The notes under the pieces were generated by a model, which had not been told where the DNA came from, did no database searches, and saw only the letters and a list, made by a program, of their open reading frames with translations. The position numbers and the translations under genes were made by a program. Positions 63,654-64,000 of a stretch of DNA of 64,000 nt are shown here, one piece after another. Origin of the DNA: an uncultured Acidobacteriaceae bacterium (GTDB lineage: Bacteria > Acidobacteriota > Terriglobia > Bryobacterales > Bryobacteraceae); NCBI GenBank assembly GCA_963730865.1, contig CAVSTO010000016.1, positions 14,718 through 78,717 of the forward strand. Direction: 5' to 3'. Each line of letters begins with the position of its first letter. Position 1 is the first letter of the stretch.

Positions 63654-64000
63654 TTACCAAATCTGGCACAGTACTTCGCCGCCGACGCCTTCTTTACGAG
63701 CGGTAAGTCCCGTCATGACGCCCTTCGGAGTGGTCAGAATATTGATTCCGAGACCACCGAGGATGCGCGGAATTTCTTTGCTGCCGACATACACCCGGCA
63801 ACCCGGGCGAGACACACGCTGGATGCGCGAGATCACCGGCAGATTGGACGGCGTGTACTTCAGGTACAAGCGAATGAACTTCTTCGCACCTTCCTCGGTC
63901 AGCTTGAAATTGAGAATGTAGCCCTCTTCTTTGAGGATGCGGGCGATTTCATTCTTGAGCCGTGACGCCGGAACGTCTACTTTCGCATGACGCGCAATTA
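63654..64000 (-). CDS. rpsH: 30S ribosomal protein S8 (5' end outside window)
   Basis: The frame is open from the window edge. ...[18 protein letters not shown]...[38 protein letters not shown]...GGEVLCQIW is the canonical S8 C-terminus. Confidence 0.93.
   Translation of the reverse strand, partial: [114 protein letters not shown]

Noticed and set aside
1-64000. A scan for CRISPR arrays, rRNA/tRNA genes, IS elements, integrases, prophage genes, and known multi-gene defence systems (RM, CBASS, Thoeris partner genes, retrons, Argonaute).
   Set aside because: I saw none by eye. There are no regularly spaced repeats of 25-40 bp, no transposase- or integrase-like translations in any frame, and no cloverleaf-capable intergenic segments. 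A covariance-model/HMM scan is still needed to exclude small RNAs.

Overview
GC-rich chromosomal window. Its gene content points to an Acidobacteriota genome: two ADOP-type duplicated FtsX permeases, acidobacterial-type PadR regulators, two VWFA-related acidobacterial-domain proteins, and many TPR or secreted hypotheticals. Layout by region: (1) 0-1.6 kb: gdhA 3' end, a PadR-like gene and a VOC-family gene. (2) 2.1-8.7 kb: a five-gene tripartite efflux locus (three HlyD adaptors, an FtsX permease, a TolC-like OMF) broken by at least 17 reading-frame switches and one in-frame stop. (3) 8.7-20.5 kb: an accessory stretch with a DUF4097-like protein, DinB, a TIR-TM protein, an ADOP permease, a VWFA protein, an amino-acid permease, and a 5'-truncated ornithine-cyclodeaminase remnant abutting a PadR-ADOP cassette. 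(4) 20.5-24.9 kb: a conserved hypothetical, a Tat-signal dioxygenase and an OmpR/HK pair. (5) 25-30 kb: VWFA, ICMT-like, gcdH and TPR genes. (6) 30-34.5 kb: an orphan Tad-like pseudopilin/VWA cluster with a cNMP-binding DUF1003 protein. (7) 34.6-37.5 kb: ptrB and vapBC. (8) 38.6-46.4 kb: a synthase-type GT2 exopolysaccharide operon (TPR, RR, HEAT, GT2) with an Hpt protein and a CHASE3-PAS kinase plus two receiver domains. (9) 46.5-55.1 kb: porin, glnA, purMN and an M23 peptidase. (10) 55.1-64 kb: the conserved spc/alpha ribosomal block (rpsH ... secY-adk-map-infA-rpmJ-rpsM-rpsK-rpsD-rpoA-rplQ) on the minus strand. I recognised no rRNA, tRNA, CRISPR array, transposase or integrase. The best candidates for something new are the phosphorelay-linked EPS synthase module, the TIR-TM-sensor protein, the orphan Tad/VWA/cNMP cluster, and the heavily frame-broken, ATPase-less efflux locus. 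All functional calls rest on reading the translations by eye. No database search was run.
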